Assembly: GCF_006345805.1 (NCBI RefSeq)
Contig: NC_043000.1
Span: 102,176,001 to 102,240,000 of the forward strand
Direction of reading: 5' to 3'
DNA length: 64,000 nt
Origin: Octopus sinensis
Taxonomy: Eukaryota
Part shown: one piece after another, positions 38,400 through 51,529 of the stretch
Layout: every line of letters starts with the position of its first letter
Position numbering within the stretch: the first letter of the stretch is position 1
Made by a program: the position numbers and the translations under genes
The notes under the pieces: model-generated
The model's input: only the letters and a program-made list of their open reading frames with translations
Databases searched by the model: none
What the model was told of the DNA's origin: nothing

Positions 38400-39230
38400 A
38401 ATTTTTTTCTCCTCCGATTGGCATTGTATATTGTTTTTGCGACAATCTCATGTCGCAAAGGGAGGTAGTACCTTGATGACATTTCTGAGCAGCTGCTAAT
38501 CACCTGTGTGATATCTTCAACAGAAATATGACATAATATATATTAACGGTTGCATCTTAGAACGCCAAGGGCTTCTCTGTCTCTTTTGTTGACTAGATAT
38601 TTTGTAGCAATCTCATTGGATTGCAAATGCATGGCCTTCAAAGTGTGATGTGATGTAACGATCACGAGTGCAAGAGAGGCTTCGCTTCATGTCAATGTTA
38701 ATATCTTCTTCAAGTCAACGAGAAACAGACCCATGCATGGTCTTTTTCTGGTATAATGAGCGTTTCATCTCCAGGTCTTCTTTGAGGTCTGCTAATCCAT
38801 CTGACTTGGGGTTGCATGGGAGGTCATCAGGAAGAGAATATTTCCTGATGAACTCACTTCCAACACGCAGGATATCGTTTTCTTCACTTTTCAGCACTAA
38901 GTTAATGTATTTATTTTTGATGCTGTTGTTTAGCAAGTGCTGTCTGAAAGAGACTATGTGACATTTAAAGGCTGTCTGCACTGATCTCAAACCCCTACTT
39001 CCTTTATCTATTCTTAGGTAGAGCCTGTCGATATCACGATTATTGTGGAGATTTCCTGTTGATGTTAGTATCTTACGGGTTTTAATGTCTATGGAGTGGA
39101 TTTCTTTTTCAGACTAGTTGAGTATCCCAAATGTTGGAATCAGTACTGGTACTGAAAATGCATTATGGGATATTGTCTTGTAGTAAGAGGAGAGTTCAGG
39201 CTGCATGTATGTATTTATATTACCACAGAC
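38400..39230 (-). mobile_element. RLE-type non-LTR retrotransposon (R4/Dong/NeSL-like) post-RT and CCHC fragment
   Basis: NAFSVPVLIPTFGIL..IDIKTRKILT..DIDRLYL..GSRGLRSVQ (leads into ORF 38715-38990); EDITQVISSCSEMSSRYYLPLRH. Confidence 0.8.
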
Positions 39231-40509
39231 GCTATAATTTGATTCGACGTGATATAGTAAATTGATAAGGAGTTTGCTTCAGAGCCATTTAGATGCTACA
39301 GATCTTTATCTACTAGATTACTTTTGCTTGAATAAATATTTGATATGATAATATTACAAGGCAGGGAGTCCCTGAGTAAATGAATAATATGGATTCTGTG
39401 TAATGAGAAAAATTACCACAAAATTATAACTAAAACAGATATTCTTAACAAACAATCCAAATAAACATCCAAATGCTGCTTCCAGGGGATAAAAAATTTA
39501 ATCTTCAAGTATAGTAATACACTTGAACTGAATTAATTTGGACAATAAAGATTGTCTCTTTTCCGGAATTTTTCTAATAAACACACCGGAAATTTGCAAA
39601 AGTTGTTCTATTCCTGCTTTATAGTCGGACCATACATTTCCTATCACCATTAATCATCCTCGCCTGAGGTTGGTCTCCTAGCATACGACTTTAACTAATG
39701 AGGTGTGAAGTAGCGTATGTTAATAGTAACACTAAATTTAATACCACTCAATATTAATCTTTTTTTTTTTCGTGTGTGTTGCATGTAGTCCGATAAGTTA
39801 TTTTGGAACTGGAAACGCTTGCAAATACAACGCCGTGACACTCGCACACATGAATAGGCAGACAACCAGATGCTCAAACATATACATCTTTCGGTTGGTA
39901 TGTACGAATATAAATAGAAAAAGTTTATTTATTCGGAAAGTACTGATGGTTCGTTCAATTGTTACGCAAAACTTAAAACGTTGAACGATTGTACGTAGCG
40001 AGAAAATTCCGAAACTTCCGAAGCCACTGGTACATGCAACACATTATGTACGTCAATGTAATGTATGCGTATATGTTTATATATTACTTATATTTTATTC
40101 TTACTGGAGCATCATGATGATGAGTTTAGTCGATCAAATTGCCCTCTGTACTTATTTTAGTTTTAACATTTCTTCTATAGACCGATTTTTGTCGAACTGC
40201 TAACTTGACAATCAGTGAAACAAGCAAGCACACATATACACATAGAACATTGGATCATATTCTATAAGCGCAGGCATGGCAGTGTAGTGGATGACACTTT
40301 CCAAATATTTGGTTTCGGGTGCAATCACAGAGTGCGGTACCTTGGGTAAGTGTCGGGTGGTTCCAAAAGATGTCAATTTTGACATTTAAATATTGCTCAC
40401 AAAGAAAATCTTTCGTAAAGAATCGATCAACAGGTTTCATCGATTTGCGGCCATTGTAGAAGACTTGTTGCTCAAGATACCACACACTGTGACTGAACCT
40501 GAAACTAAG

Positions 40510-41440
40510 CAGGGCTACGGAATTTAAAGATTAATTAGTGATTAATCATTAATTTATTTCAACGATTAATTTTTTGTTTTAACGATTGATGTTTTTATTA
40601 ATCGGTTTCAAATTTAATTTTCTACCCATCACTAATAAATGTGCCGGAAGTCAGGAAGCGATAGTAACAACAATAAAATAATCCAGGTTATATAACTAGA
40701 TTCAAGGCAGTAACTGTTAATGACTTCAGCAAACGTGTAGCTGACATGAAAAGAATTGAAATATTACAGATTGCAACAGCACTTGATCCACGTTATAAAA
40801 ACCTGAAGTGTTTATCAGACGATTCCAAATAACAAACTTGGTTACTTATTGGACAGCAAATAGCAGCTGATGTTAATGATGATCGATTGAAGGCTAATGC
40901 ACAAGATTATACTGACAGTGTCAGTAAAACTATATGCGAACCGAATGAAAAGCTTATTATGTTATAATGCTGATGGAGTCTGACTCAGACTTAGAAGAGG
41001 ATGTCGAAAATGCTTCGGATGAAGTACAGCGATATAAAATGGAGAAAAAAGTTGCTGAATCAGTTGATCCAGTACAATAGTGGAAACTTAATGAAAATCA
41101 ATACCCGAAATCGGCATTTTTTTTGCCAAGACTGTTCTGTGCATACCAGCTACCTCACTTCCCTGTGAACGATTATTTAGCTCTGCAGGTTACATTGTTA
41201 GCAAGACGCGCTCATCACTAAATACTGTTAACATGCTGGTGTGTTTGCGTGACTGGTTATCCAACAACATTTGAGTAAGAAAACGGCTGTGCTATTTCTT
41301 CTTTTTAACTGAATTTTAATTGAAATGTCATAAACTTGTCAATAAATGTAACTGCAGACATTTTTTGTGTTTTAATCGGAATTAACTATTAATTTCTCAA
41401 AAGTTAATAATTTAAATTAAATTAATCGTAACAACCCCTG
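40510..41440 (+). mobile_element. Internally deleted hAT (ZBED1-like C-terminus)
   Basis: IATALDPRYKNLKC, WKLNENQYP, VLCIPATSLPCERLFSSAGYIV..NMLVCLRDWL. CAGGG...CCCTG ends with TTAAT-rich subtermini; no 8-bp TSD seen. Confidence 0.75.
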
Positions 41441-41480
41441 GTTTGCAGAGCAAACTTTTTCACCAAACCACCATACACAT

Positions 41481-41512
<32 letters not shown>

Positions 41513-41533
41513 CACACACACACACACACACAC

Positions 41534-41617
<84 letters not shown>

Positions 41618-41630
41618 ATTTATATATATA

Positions 41631-41668
<38 letters not shown>

Positions 41669-41689
41669 CATGTATATGTACATATACAT

Positions 41690-41935
41690 AATAAAAAACG
41701 GATAAAAAAAACAAGAAAAAAAGTAACATGATACATGAAAAGTATTAATAAGACGCTCAGGAAAGGAAAGTAAGGGTTTTTTACGTTTCGAGCAAAGCTC
41801 TTCTTCAGAAACAGGAGACAGAGCAAAGTCCAAAAGGAAAGCAAGACGGATGAAAAAAAACGCCAACAATCCACATGTAGTTACATATTATGTATATCTA
41901 TCTAGTCCCGTCTGTGTTCAGCCCTGTGTGGCTAA
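41690..41935 (-). mobile_element. Short hammerhead-bearing pLTR-like element
   Basis: Minus strand CTGAAGA-A-GAGC-TTT-GCTC-GAAA-CGTA (41782-41808); shares TTCCTGAGCGT..TAATAC with 51325 and 55340. Confidence 0.6.
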
Positions 41936-41965
41936 TAAAGAAACATATCTATCTATCTATCTATC

Positions 41966-41998
<33 letters not shown>

Positions 41999-42209
41999 GG
42001 GGGGAGATATATATATAATATATAATATATAATATATAATATATAATATAATATATATATATGTATATATATGTACATATATGTATATATATGTACATAT
42101 ATGTATGTATATATATATATATATATCTGTGTGTATATATGTATATATATGCATATATATATGTGTGCATATATATATATATATATATATACATATGTAT
42201 ATGTACATG

Positions 42210-42247
<38 letters not shown>

Positions 42248-42250
<3 letters not shown>

Positions 42251-43825
42251 AGAACTTTGTACACCCCTAAAAAATTTCAGTAATTTGCCATTACTCTGAT
42301 AATATCAAAGGAAATCAAACGAAATTTATACTGAATAAAATATATTATACATGCAAACATTATACAAATTTGGAATACAAAATAATAAACATTTTCAAAG
42401 ATATGAGCGATATATTAATTTCCAAACGATACAAAAATATGTACACTCTAAAGGATTATTTACTATATTCAATATTTGATGTGACTGCCCTTGCTTTTTG
42501 TGACTGCATTAAATCTTCTGGGCATATGGTCGACTAGATTTCCGCATATAATCAGTGAAATTGACCTTCATTCATCCTGAATGATGTCTTTCAAGTATAA
42601 TACTTTACAGGTTTTTTCTCCTCAACCTTCTTTTCAAAAGACCCCACAGATATTCTATTGGATTTAAATCAGGTGACATGGTAGGCCAAGGTAATACTTT
42701 TACCTTTTTATCTGATAAAAACTTAGTCATCACCTCTGAAGTGTGTTTAAGGTCATTATCATGTTGGAACATGGAATGTCTTCCTAGTTCCTTGATGCTT
42801 TTCAACATTGTTTTCTGCAATATGTCACAATAAAGCTTTGAATCAATTTGTTCTCTCAATAAATGTGAGTCCTCCCACACCAGCCGCACTCATGCACTTC
42901 AAAAGCATTACACTTGCGCTGCTGTGTTTCGGTGAATTTGTCGCCATTATCTTCACCTGGTCGTCGCCATACTCTTTTAATACCAAGCAAGGTGATTTTA
43001 GTCTCATTGTTAGACAAAGAATTTTATTCCAAAGCTCCACCTTACTCTTCGGCAAAAGAAAGACGACTTGATTTATTCCTGGTAGTGAGGAGACGCTTCC
43101 TATGAAGCAATGCGTCCATGAAGATCACACCGGTCCAAACTTCAGCGAACTATTTGGGCGGATACATTCTTTCCACTTCTTGAACCAAAGATGAAACGGT
43201 ACGACGCCTGTCGTTCATCACGCAACGTTGGATGTGGCGAATATCACGCGCAGTTAAAATGGAAGGACTACTTGGACGATGTTTATTGTTTTGCCGTTCA
43301 GTAGCTTTGTACTTCTGGATTACTTTGGCAACTGTGTTTACGCTAATATGTATTCGTTTGCTAATTAACTTGTAACCATCCTTGTGCAAATTAAAAATAA
43401 TTTTCTTCAAATCTCAAACAATTCTTTTCCTTTTGGTGCCAGTTTAATGACGATGAAGAAGATTTTTCACCACGGTACACAAATCAGAATTCCTGCAGAT
43501 GCAATAACAATGACAGGTGGAAAAATGCCAGAAAAAATAATTTATTAGAATTGAAATTATCAGCAATATCTGAATTCAGTAAAAGAAAAGTGGATAAAAT
43601 ACTGAATATAGCAATTTTCCTTTAGAGTATACATATGTTTGTAACATCTGAAAATTAATATTTCGTTCATATCTTTGAAAATGTTTATTGTTTTGTGTTC
43701 CAAATTTGTATAATGTTTGTATGTATATTTTATTCAGTATAAATTTCGTTTAATTTCCTTTGGTATTATCAGAATAATGGCAATTTTACTGAAACCTTTT
43801 ACGGTTGTACATACTTCAGTGAGTG
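42248..43825 (-). mobile_element. Tc1 (DD34E) element with ~200-bp IR-DR type TIRs, decayed transposase
   Basis: ORFs 43150-43410 (HTH), 42843-43055 and 42605-42889 (FQHDNDLKHTS...WPTMSPDLNPIEYLW). TIRs 42248-42450 and 43620-43825, each with an inner/outer TGTACAC direct repeat. Confidence 0.92.
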
Positions 43826-44729
43826 TTAAATTCCCTAAGGCACATAATATATGGATGGATAGATGGATGGATGCATCGATGAATGGATTGATGGATCTAT
43901 ATAAATTTCTCTATCGGGATTTCTCGTTCTCGAATTTCTGGGGAAATTTGGCTAAAAATGCAATCAGTATTCTTCGGGATTGTACTGTATTTACAGGGAA
44001 TTCCCGGCCGGCTATTCAGAAACTACTTACATATTAGAATACCATCTTAAAGCAGTGATGTTGTGGCGCAATAAGGATTCCGTTATAACATTGACAAACC
44101 GTTCACGTAGACATTGCATTAGAAACAAGTACAATTAAAGAATCGGCTAAGAGAAAATAAGCTTCTTTATGCAGAAGCAGGTTGAAACTGTAGAAGATAT
44201 TCGAATTAATCCCTATTCACATATTTTCTGTGAATACAATTGTGATAAGGGCTTTTTGTTAGGAAAAATTATTTCAGATGATAAAACTTTGGTTTTACCA
44301 AAGAATAGTTCTCATTCAATGCAGATGCTTCAGTGTCAAAATGATATGAGCAAAGAAATTGTAATTAATGATATAACTAAAAGAATGTTGCAATCTAAAA
44401 TATTCAGTATTTCTTTAGAAGAATATGCATATTGGAATGAATGCAGATATTTAAATGTAAATGTACACCCGTCTGATAAATTTTCGGATTAGGAATGATC
44501 CGAATTTATGGAAACTGACTTGATGAAAAATTATTGAACTTACAGATATAAAGCTTTCTGAATTCAAACTTGAGATGGAAAAATATAGTTGCAGTCGTAA
44601 CAACTGGAGTAATTGCTATGGTGAAATTTGTAAAGAAACTAACTGCCGGCATCAACGGTGTTATGTAAATCGATTTCATTTATCTGTTTTCTTTTTAAAG
44701 TCCATTACAAGAAAATTTGATCAAATTGT

Positions 44730-45501
44730 TATACATATTCATGCTTAATACGCTCCAACAGGTGAATATACTAATCGCTGTTGTAGTTTGTATATTTAGA
44801 GCGACTTTCTTTCATACAATGTGTGTTCAGAGAATACTCGATTCACAGATGTAAGAGGGCTTGGAAACACCCTGATGTTTCGATATACTTGTGTCTCTTC
44901 AGTTAATGCTACTTCAAATCATTGAATCTAATTTTTGTTTATAGAAATTAGCAAACAAATTATTTGCTGATGCGCGATGTCTGCTAAACCGATAATAAAT
45001 CGTCATCTGCAGGAAAAACAGCGGAAGCCAAAATAATGATGTAAATATTCATTTTTAATATGCTGCAGCAGATTCAAGTGTGAATATGTTAATCGTTTTT
45101 GTATTTAACCTTCGGAAAGCAATTTTCCTTGGAGACAATCTATTCACAACATTCGATTCATTGAAGTAAGGAACACGTGACATTTTATAATCGATTTGAC
45201 AAACATTAGCACGAATCAACAAGTTATTTCTTTGCTGATTTCTACATACAAGAACCAAAATTCTTGTTCAGGTATCTTTGACTGAAGAGACACAATTACG
45301 CCAAAACACGGCGGATTCTCAAAGTACTACAACAATGAGTTAAATGTGCTGTGAACACACACTGTCTGAACGGAGAAATTGTTCTCTGTCGACAAAAGAC
45401 AACAGCGTTTGGCTTATCCACGTTGGTGGAGCATATAAAGAATGAGTATGTTTGTCATTGTTTTGATTCTCACTGTTTACGGTGCACGTGGTAATTTATT
45501 A
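44730..45501. mobile_element. Non-autonomous long-TIR element with 10-bp TSD (MULE-like)
   Basis: ATCAAATTGT at 44720-44729 and 45502-45511; imperfect ~180-bp inverted arms 44734-44912 and 45272-45450; hAT sequence resumes on both sides. Confidence 0.7.
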
Positions 45502-46285
45502 ATCAAATTGTAATTAAGATAATCTAATCAACACCTTTCACAACGACGTCGACAAATTTGAACGTAGATTCATGCATGATCAAAATGTAGGTTCTGCAAT
45601 TATAAACGTGCTTAATAATTATGTCGACCGACAGCAAATTGAATTTAGCGAAGTAACTCCTATTGCAGGAAAGTGTTCATTGAAGAAAATTTAAAGATTA
45701 GCAATGATATTAAAAAATGTGGGAACATTGGTCAGTTCATTTCGTAGGTTTCCTAGAAATATATTAAGAGGCGCATCGTCATAAACTGCTATTATCAGGA
45801 CAAGATGGAATAGTTTATTTGCAATGTTTGAATGAATCGTGTGCCTTAACAGTTGTATTGTAAAAGTTATGATGGATATAAAGCAACCTTCAGAATATTC
45901 AGTCAATGAATTTAATGCTGCTCAAGCTGTTGTATCAGCAATGGAACTATTTAAAGTTGGAATTGAAAAACTAGTTCGAAATGCTTCAACATTGATCTCA
46001 ACGGAAGGCATAGTTGCTATTATTCTAGAAGCAGTAAATTGGCAAAATACCTCAGTGTCCCTCTTAATGAGAGAATGTATCAAGAATGGAATCGAACTGG
46101 AAAGGTATAAAAATCTGATTGGATTGGTGAAGTAATGAGATAAGATGTCGTTAATTTTTGATTCACCTGACTACTTTCTAATTTTGCCCCCAGAAACTTC
46201 ACTGCAAAATGTTGCGAAGAAATCTTTATGAAAGAATGTTCATAACTTTGTCATAGTTTCCATTCCGAATCCAAACCTATTATAA

Positions 46286-48126
46286 CACAATGTAACACAT
46301 GTTTTGTTTATTTGTATTTTTAATGTTCATATATGCATTTTTTTTGCCACTAAATTCAAAGATCACATTCGTTTTGAGATAACATCGATAGTTATTTATT
46401 TATTTATTCCTAATTTCATATTTGCTCGTTATATTTGTAACTTTTCTCTACAGCATTTTGTTGGTTCAATTTATTCTAGTATTGTAAGGATAATTACACA
46501 ACATTTAGTAATTTTTCATATATTGACAGGTATTTAGGAAGTATAATATTAGTTAGAACAAAAAGAAACAATAAATCTCTGCACTGTAAATGCCTTGATG
46601 ACTCTTTTCTTAAGACGAGAAGGGTTTTGACGATCGAGATTTTCGGAAGTGTATTCCATCATGTCTTCTCTCTAGAGACCTTATATAATCTCCCATCATA
46701 GCAGTATCCCATCGCACTTGGTATCTTCTTTCCATAGTTGCGATGTCCTGATGAAGTCTCTCACCATGCTCCTCACTGACATCACCCAAAGTGAGAGTGC
46801 AAAAGATGAACCTTTAAGGACATACGACAACCCATTTTCTTGAAGTTTTCAATAAGCTTTGCTACCAGCTGTTTGTAATTAGGATCCTTGTGATTTCCTA
46901 GGAATCCACGAACTACATCACGAAATGCACATCAAGGTTCTTTTTCAACTTTTGTCATCGCTCTTTACAGTTTCTTCGACCTTAACATTGCATTTACTTG
47001 CGGCCCAACAAATATGCTACTCTTGATCTTAGCCTCAGCTATGGAAATATAAGACAAATTTCTTGAAAAGCTTCTCCTCTAAAATCTAAGGCCTTCACAA
47101 GCTGTTTTACCAATCCGAGTTTGATATGAAGTGGAGATAATAAGATTTTGTTGAGACTGTTTGAGAACATTTAACATTCCTGGCTGTAGTTCCACTCGTA
47201 GGGGCCAATGTACTCTCTGAGAATGATCATCATCAGCTCTGCTGTCCCATAATCAAAGGAAACATGAATACTTGCAGTCTTCCCCCAGAAGATTCCATTC
47301 CTTCTATCTTGATTAAAGAAGTTCAGCTCCTGACTTAGTAAGTCCCAGATCCCTGATTAAATCATCTAACTCACTCTGATTTGGAAAGTGAGGCTCCGAA
47401 GTCGTTCTTGGTACGAAAGCTTCCTCCATTTCTTTGCTGCTGCTGCTTGTTGACTCTTCAGATGAAATATATTCTGGTAATAGTCGTACTCGTAAGCTGT
47501 CATCATTTTTGGACAGGTGTTCTAGATGATGGTATGTCTGGATACTGAAGAGCTTGTCTTCCTTTCATTTTTCTGTACTTTGCCGTGTCGATCATACAAA
47601 AGTAAGTCATCGTGATGGTTCTTTGTCTCTCTCCATACACTTGGAATGGCAAATGGCATTGACCTTCCTGTACCTCTTAACCATCCTTCTAGAGTAGATC
47701 GACAGCTTCCACGTATCACATGTGGGACTCATGGTTTGTCCTGGTCACCCATGGGCATTCCGAAATAGAGTCTGTACGCTACTCACAATTTGGAACCTTT
47801 CACGATCTTATGTAATACCTGCTTTTTTTCCAATATAATAACCACACACATTGCAAAATGTATCTGGAGAATTTTTACATACTCTAGTAGCCATCCTGAA
47901 AGTAGCAGAACTTAGTAACTGGTCTGAAAGAGAAAATTAGACATACATTTAGGAGTAGAACATTATAACAATACCGAATATATAATAACATTGAAAGTCG
48001 ACATACTTTTTAACTGTTGATGATACACAAAAAATAATTTCATTTTTGGAATCAGCAGAAAAAATGGATTGATAAACAATAAGAAAATACAATAAACAAT
48101 TTTTTTTTGAAAATTGCTACGTTGTG
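46286..48126 (-). mobile_element. Chapaev3-like (CMC) DNA transposon, internally deleted
   Basis: TAA TSD (46283-46285, 48127-48129); CACAATGTAACA/CACAACGTAGCA TIRs; motifs FCNVCG, YFGMPMGDQDK, PSVWRE.KNH, CFL.LWDSR, PLHIKLGLVKQ, GDVSEEHGERLHQDIATMERRYQ. Confidence 0.78.
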
Positions 48127-48394
48127 TAATTGAAGACATCAGCATAAACGTCCATACCAATCAAAAGCGTATTCTATCATCTCAATAATCAAACAAACAT
48201 TGTCAAAGAGATGAAAATGCGAAAATGTTTGGAGTTACAAGACATAGGAACTGTTAAGTTGCAAAGAATGTTCTTTGCCCTCAGTAATATTTCTTCAAAT
48301 TCCATAGAAGTAGAGAGTGAGATTCTTTGATAGAACTATTTCTTACGAAATTGCAACCAAGTTTAAGTAACAAGACGACCAGCAATACTTTTTT

Positions 48395-48603
48395 CTTAAG
48401 TCATTTCACTGCAGCTATGCGAGTGCACCAGCTCGAAATATTTAGTCGAACAAATTGACCCCAGTACTCAATGTTTTAAGTCTGCTACTTATTGTGTCGG
48501 CCTCTTTATGCTGAACAGCTAACTTATGGTTACGTAAACAAAGCAACACCGGTTGTCAAGTGGTGGTGATGGTGATGGTGGTCGTGGTCGTCGTCAGACA
48601 CAA

Positions 48604-48605
<2 letters not shown>
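48395..48605 (-). mobile_element. SINE family 2, 3' part (similar fragments at ~40100-40225, ~50945-51075 and ~62945-62990)
   Basis: Reverse complement of CTTGACAACCG.TG.TG..TGTTTACGT and the GCAGT.AAATGACT.AA tail. Confidence 0.6.
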
Positions 48606-48642
<37 letters not shown>

Positions 48643-49204
48643 AAGTAAAGTTGTAAAGTATCGCAGGAGTTGAAATACATATGAAAGAAGGTTTGAAAAT
48701 GCAATATTAAAGCTGTTTATTCACTTGACCTGTTTCACTTTTTTAGAAAATGATTGTCAAAAGTAAAATGTAAAGGTTTGTCTGAGCTTTGTTGTGTTAG
48801 TTACTGGTTATCACAAAAGTATTAAAATACAGATATACATTATTTGATAATAATAAGAAAATGTTAAAAACAGTTTACAAGAATGTATTTAAGAAAGTAA
48901 TGAGAACGGGACTCCAAAAAGCATTTTGAGTTCAAAAACAATCATGTTTTTTGGTAGTATATATATATATATATACACAAAGGAGATATATTTAAGAATC
49001 TACAAAAATTGTAGAGGAATAACTGACCTGTCTTTGTAGCATTTTTTTTATGTGTAGCTAAAGGATATTTGCTATTTTAAGGGACAGTGTGGAAGTTGGG
49101 GGGAAGGAAGAGGGATGTGGATTCAAGAGGATTACATATATATATATATATATACATGTGTGTGTCTCTCTATGTGTGTGTGTAGTGTGTGAGCAAAATT
49201 CTAT

Positions 49205-50015
49205 TAGTGGGAGGTGACGCTATCCTTCCTGAACATGTGTGTAAATTTTCGAACCGCTGTGGCGCATCAGTTCTTGGCAATTACGCCGAGAGTAATGACG
49301 TGTAGTGCCCGCTCGTCGAATTTTCGCTTTCACTGAACGCATCGAGCAGAAATATTGCATCCAGTTTTGCCCAAAGCTTGGTGATACTCAAGCTCAAACT
49401 ATGCAGAAGATTCAGCAGCTCTTTCGCGATGATGCCATGAGCAAAACTCAGATCAAGAAATGCTAAAATTACTTCAATCATGGCTGCACCTCAGTGGAGA
49501 ACGTGGTGCGATCAAGCAGGCTATCCACAAGCCGAAACGAGGAGCAGATTGAAAAGGTTCGTGAACAGTCATGGAAAACCATCATGTAGCACTAGAAAAT
49601 TGATCACGAAGTGAGAACACGTACAGGATAGGTGTATTTCATTTTAACGGATGATTTGTGCATGCGAGAGCGTCGGCGAAATTCGTCGATAAGGTGCTGT
49701 CGAAGCAGCAGAAGCAACTCTGCAAGGAAATCGCTCAGTACATACTGGACTGTGCAAACAACCATGATCCAGACTTCATGAAGTCACTGGTGATGAGACA
49801 TGGGTTTGTGGTCTCTGCTCGATGTCTTCAGTTATCTTGCATGAAAACGAAAATCCGACGAACGCGCACTACTCAAGGCGGTCACAGCCGGCAACTGACG
49901 CGGCCTACCAATGCGAATATTTTCACGCATGCACAAGAAGGGTGGCGTCATCTCCTACCCTAAGCATTGTTTTTGGTGGAAAAAAATAAAGTTGGATACA
50001 TTTTGGACGCACCAT
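49205..50015 (+). mobile_element. Internally deleted mariner element
   Basis: ERIEQKYCIQFCPKLG..RSSRLSTSRN and ORF 49658 ASAKFVDKVLS..DPDFMK; catalytic domain missing; right TIR AAAGTTGGATACATTTTGGACGCACC; subterminal inverted GGGAGGTGACGC/GCGTCATCTCC. Confidence 0.82.
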
Positions 50016-50075
50016 GTTTGTGTGTTTGTATAGTTTTATATGTGTGTGTGTGTGTGTGTGCATATATATACATAT

Positions 50076-50328
50076 ATATTTTTTATCGTGTCTAGGGAGA
50101 GTCATTCTCATTTAGTGCCTTATTACTTAACACACTCACCGGTTCGATTTCCATTCATTTACTTATTTATTTTTTCTAAAACTTTCGTTGCGACTATTGA
50201 AAAGTTTGCAAGACGCAACGAAAATTTTAGAAAAAGTAAATAAGTAAATGAGTGGAAATTTTAACGGTGAGTGTGTTAAGTAATAAGGCACTAAAAGAGA
50301 ATGACTCTCCGCAGACACAATAAAATAT
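50076..50328. mobile_element. Foldback (palindromic) element, ~115-bp arms, 21-nt loop
   Basis: GGAGAGTCATTCTC.TTTAGTGCCTTATTACTTAACACACTCACCG is nearly perfectly inverted; ATAT ends. Confidence 0.9.
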
Positions 50329-51216
50329 GCTTCAACACACGAATTCACATAAAGAATCTTGCAAACCTAAAACAAGCAGGAAATATATATATGCATAGCT
50401 ACTTCAATAGTCTACACATATATACAATCATAAGTAAATATAAAGTCGTATATGTGTGTGTGCGTGCGTTTCATATGTTTCATACATTTGTTAACAAACT
50501 GTCTTACGGATACACTCATATTCCTTAATTGACTGCTAATACTAATATCCACATTATCCAAAACGTGTAAGTGTATCAAGCACTCATTTGAACTTTGGTT
50601 ATCCGAATAGCATACTGGTGCCATCCCTCATATAATCACACATACACACACATTCACATACGCAAACAAACACATATATACACACACACATACGCACACA
50701 AACACACACACACATGTGTGCGTACACTCATAAAAACACACGTACGCACAAGTAGAATTAGATTTCAATACGGATTTGCCTTACGGCTTATTCAGCAAGT
50801 AGAGAAAATTTTTCCTTTGAATATTTATTTATACAGCGAAAACTAAGAAGCTTGTTTTGGTGGTAAATTAAAATTGTTTCGGCGATAATAGAAAATTCTA
50901 TGAGAAAAATAGCGAGTTTTTATCTTAGCTATATTGTTTACGTGTTTCAGTTATTAGATTGCAGCCGTAGTCGAATGAATCGACTCCAGTAAATTTTTAA
51001 AAGCCTGGTAGTTATTCTATCGTTCCCTTTTGTCGAAGCGCTAGTTTACGAGACGCAACCCGCCAACACCAGGTGTCACGCGAGGTGGTGGTGGTGGTGG
51101 TAGCGGGGAGCAAATACTGGCACAAAGAAAAGCACACATTGGTGTATATATTGATATATATATATGTGTGTGTGTGTGTTGTGTGTGTGTGTGTGTGTGT
51201 TGTGTGTGTGTGTGTG

Positions 51217-51255
<39 letters not shown>

Positions 51256-51324
51256 TAGCGCTTTATGGATGCGAAACCATTGGTCACTGTATGACCGGAC
51301 CCACACACACACACACATATATAG

Positions 51325-51520
51325 CGCCATGACTGAACGCTAACTCCAAAAGAGTTTTCTTTCTCTCCGTTTATTTTCTTGTGTTCCTTTCTGTTGAAGA
51401 GCGTAGGCTCGAAACGTAAAAGACTTTCTCACCTTCCTGAGCGTCAAATTAATACACCTGCCTATTGTTTATACACATGTCTTCGTTTTTTTTGTTTTTC
51501 TGTAAACTTTCAACTATATA
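51325..51520 (+). mobile_element. ~200-bp hammerhead-like pLTR element in (TA)n
   Basis: CTGTTGA-A-GAGC-GTAG-GCTC-GAAA-CGTA (51391-51418); colinear with 55340-55555 (minus). Confidence 0.65.
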
Positions 51521-51529
51521 TATACCATC

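Larger units (their letters stand above)
43899..48390 (+). mobile_element. Decayed hAT (copy 2, paralogue of 770-3878), interrupted by MULE-like and Chapaev3-like elements
   Basis: FSISLEEY..RYLNVNVH, GMIRIYG, RTRWNSLFAMFE, ORF 45839-46135 and C-terminal ALSNISSNSIEVES..LFLTKLQPSLS; colinear with copy 1. Confidence 0.75.

Noticed and set aside
44888-45296. Apparent TA-flanked MITE with TTGTGTCTCTTCAGT TIRs
   Set aside because: These are just the inner ends of the longer inverted arms of the 44730-45501 element.
45443-45496. TATAAAG followed by a signal-peptide-like MSMFVIVLILTVYGAR and a GTAAT donor
   Set aside because: It overlaps the right arm and end of the MULE-like element, the TATA is too close to the ATG, and the downstream 'exon' is hAT sequence.
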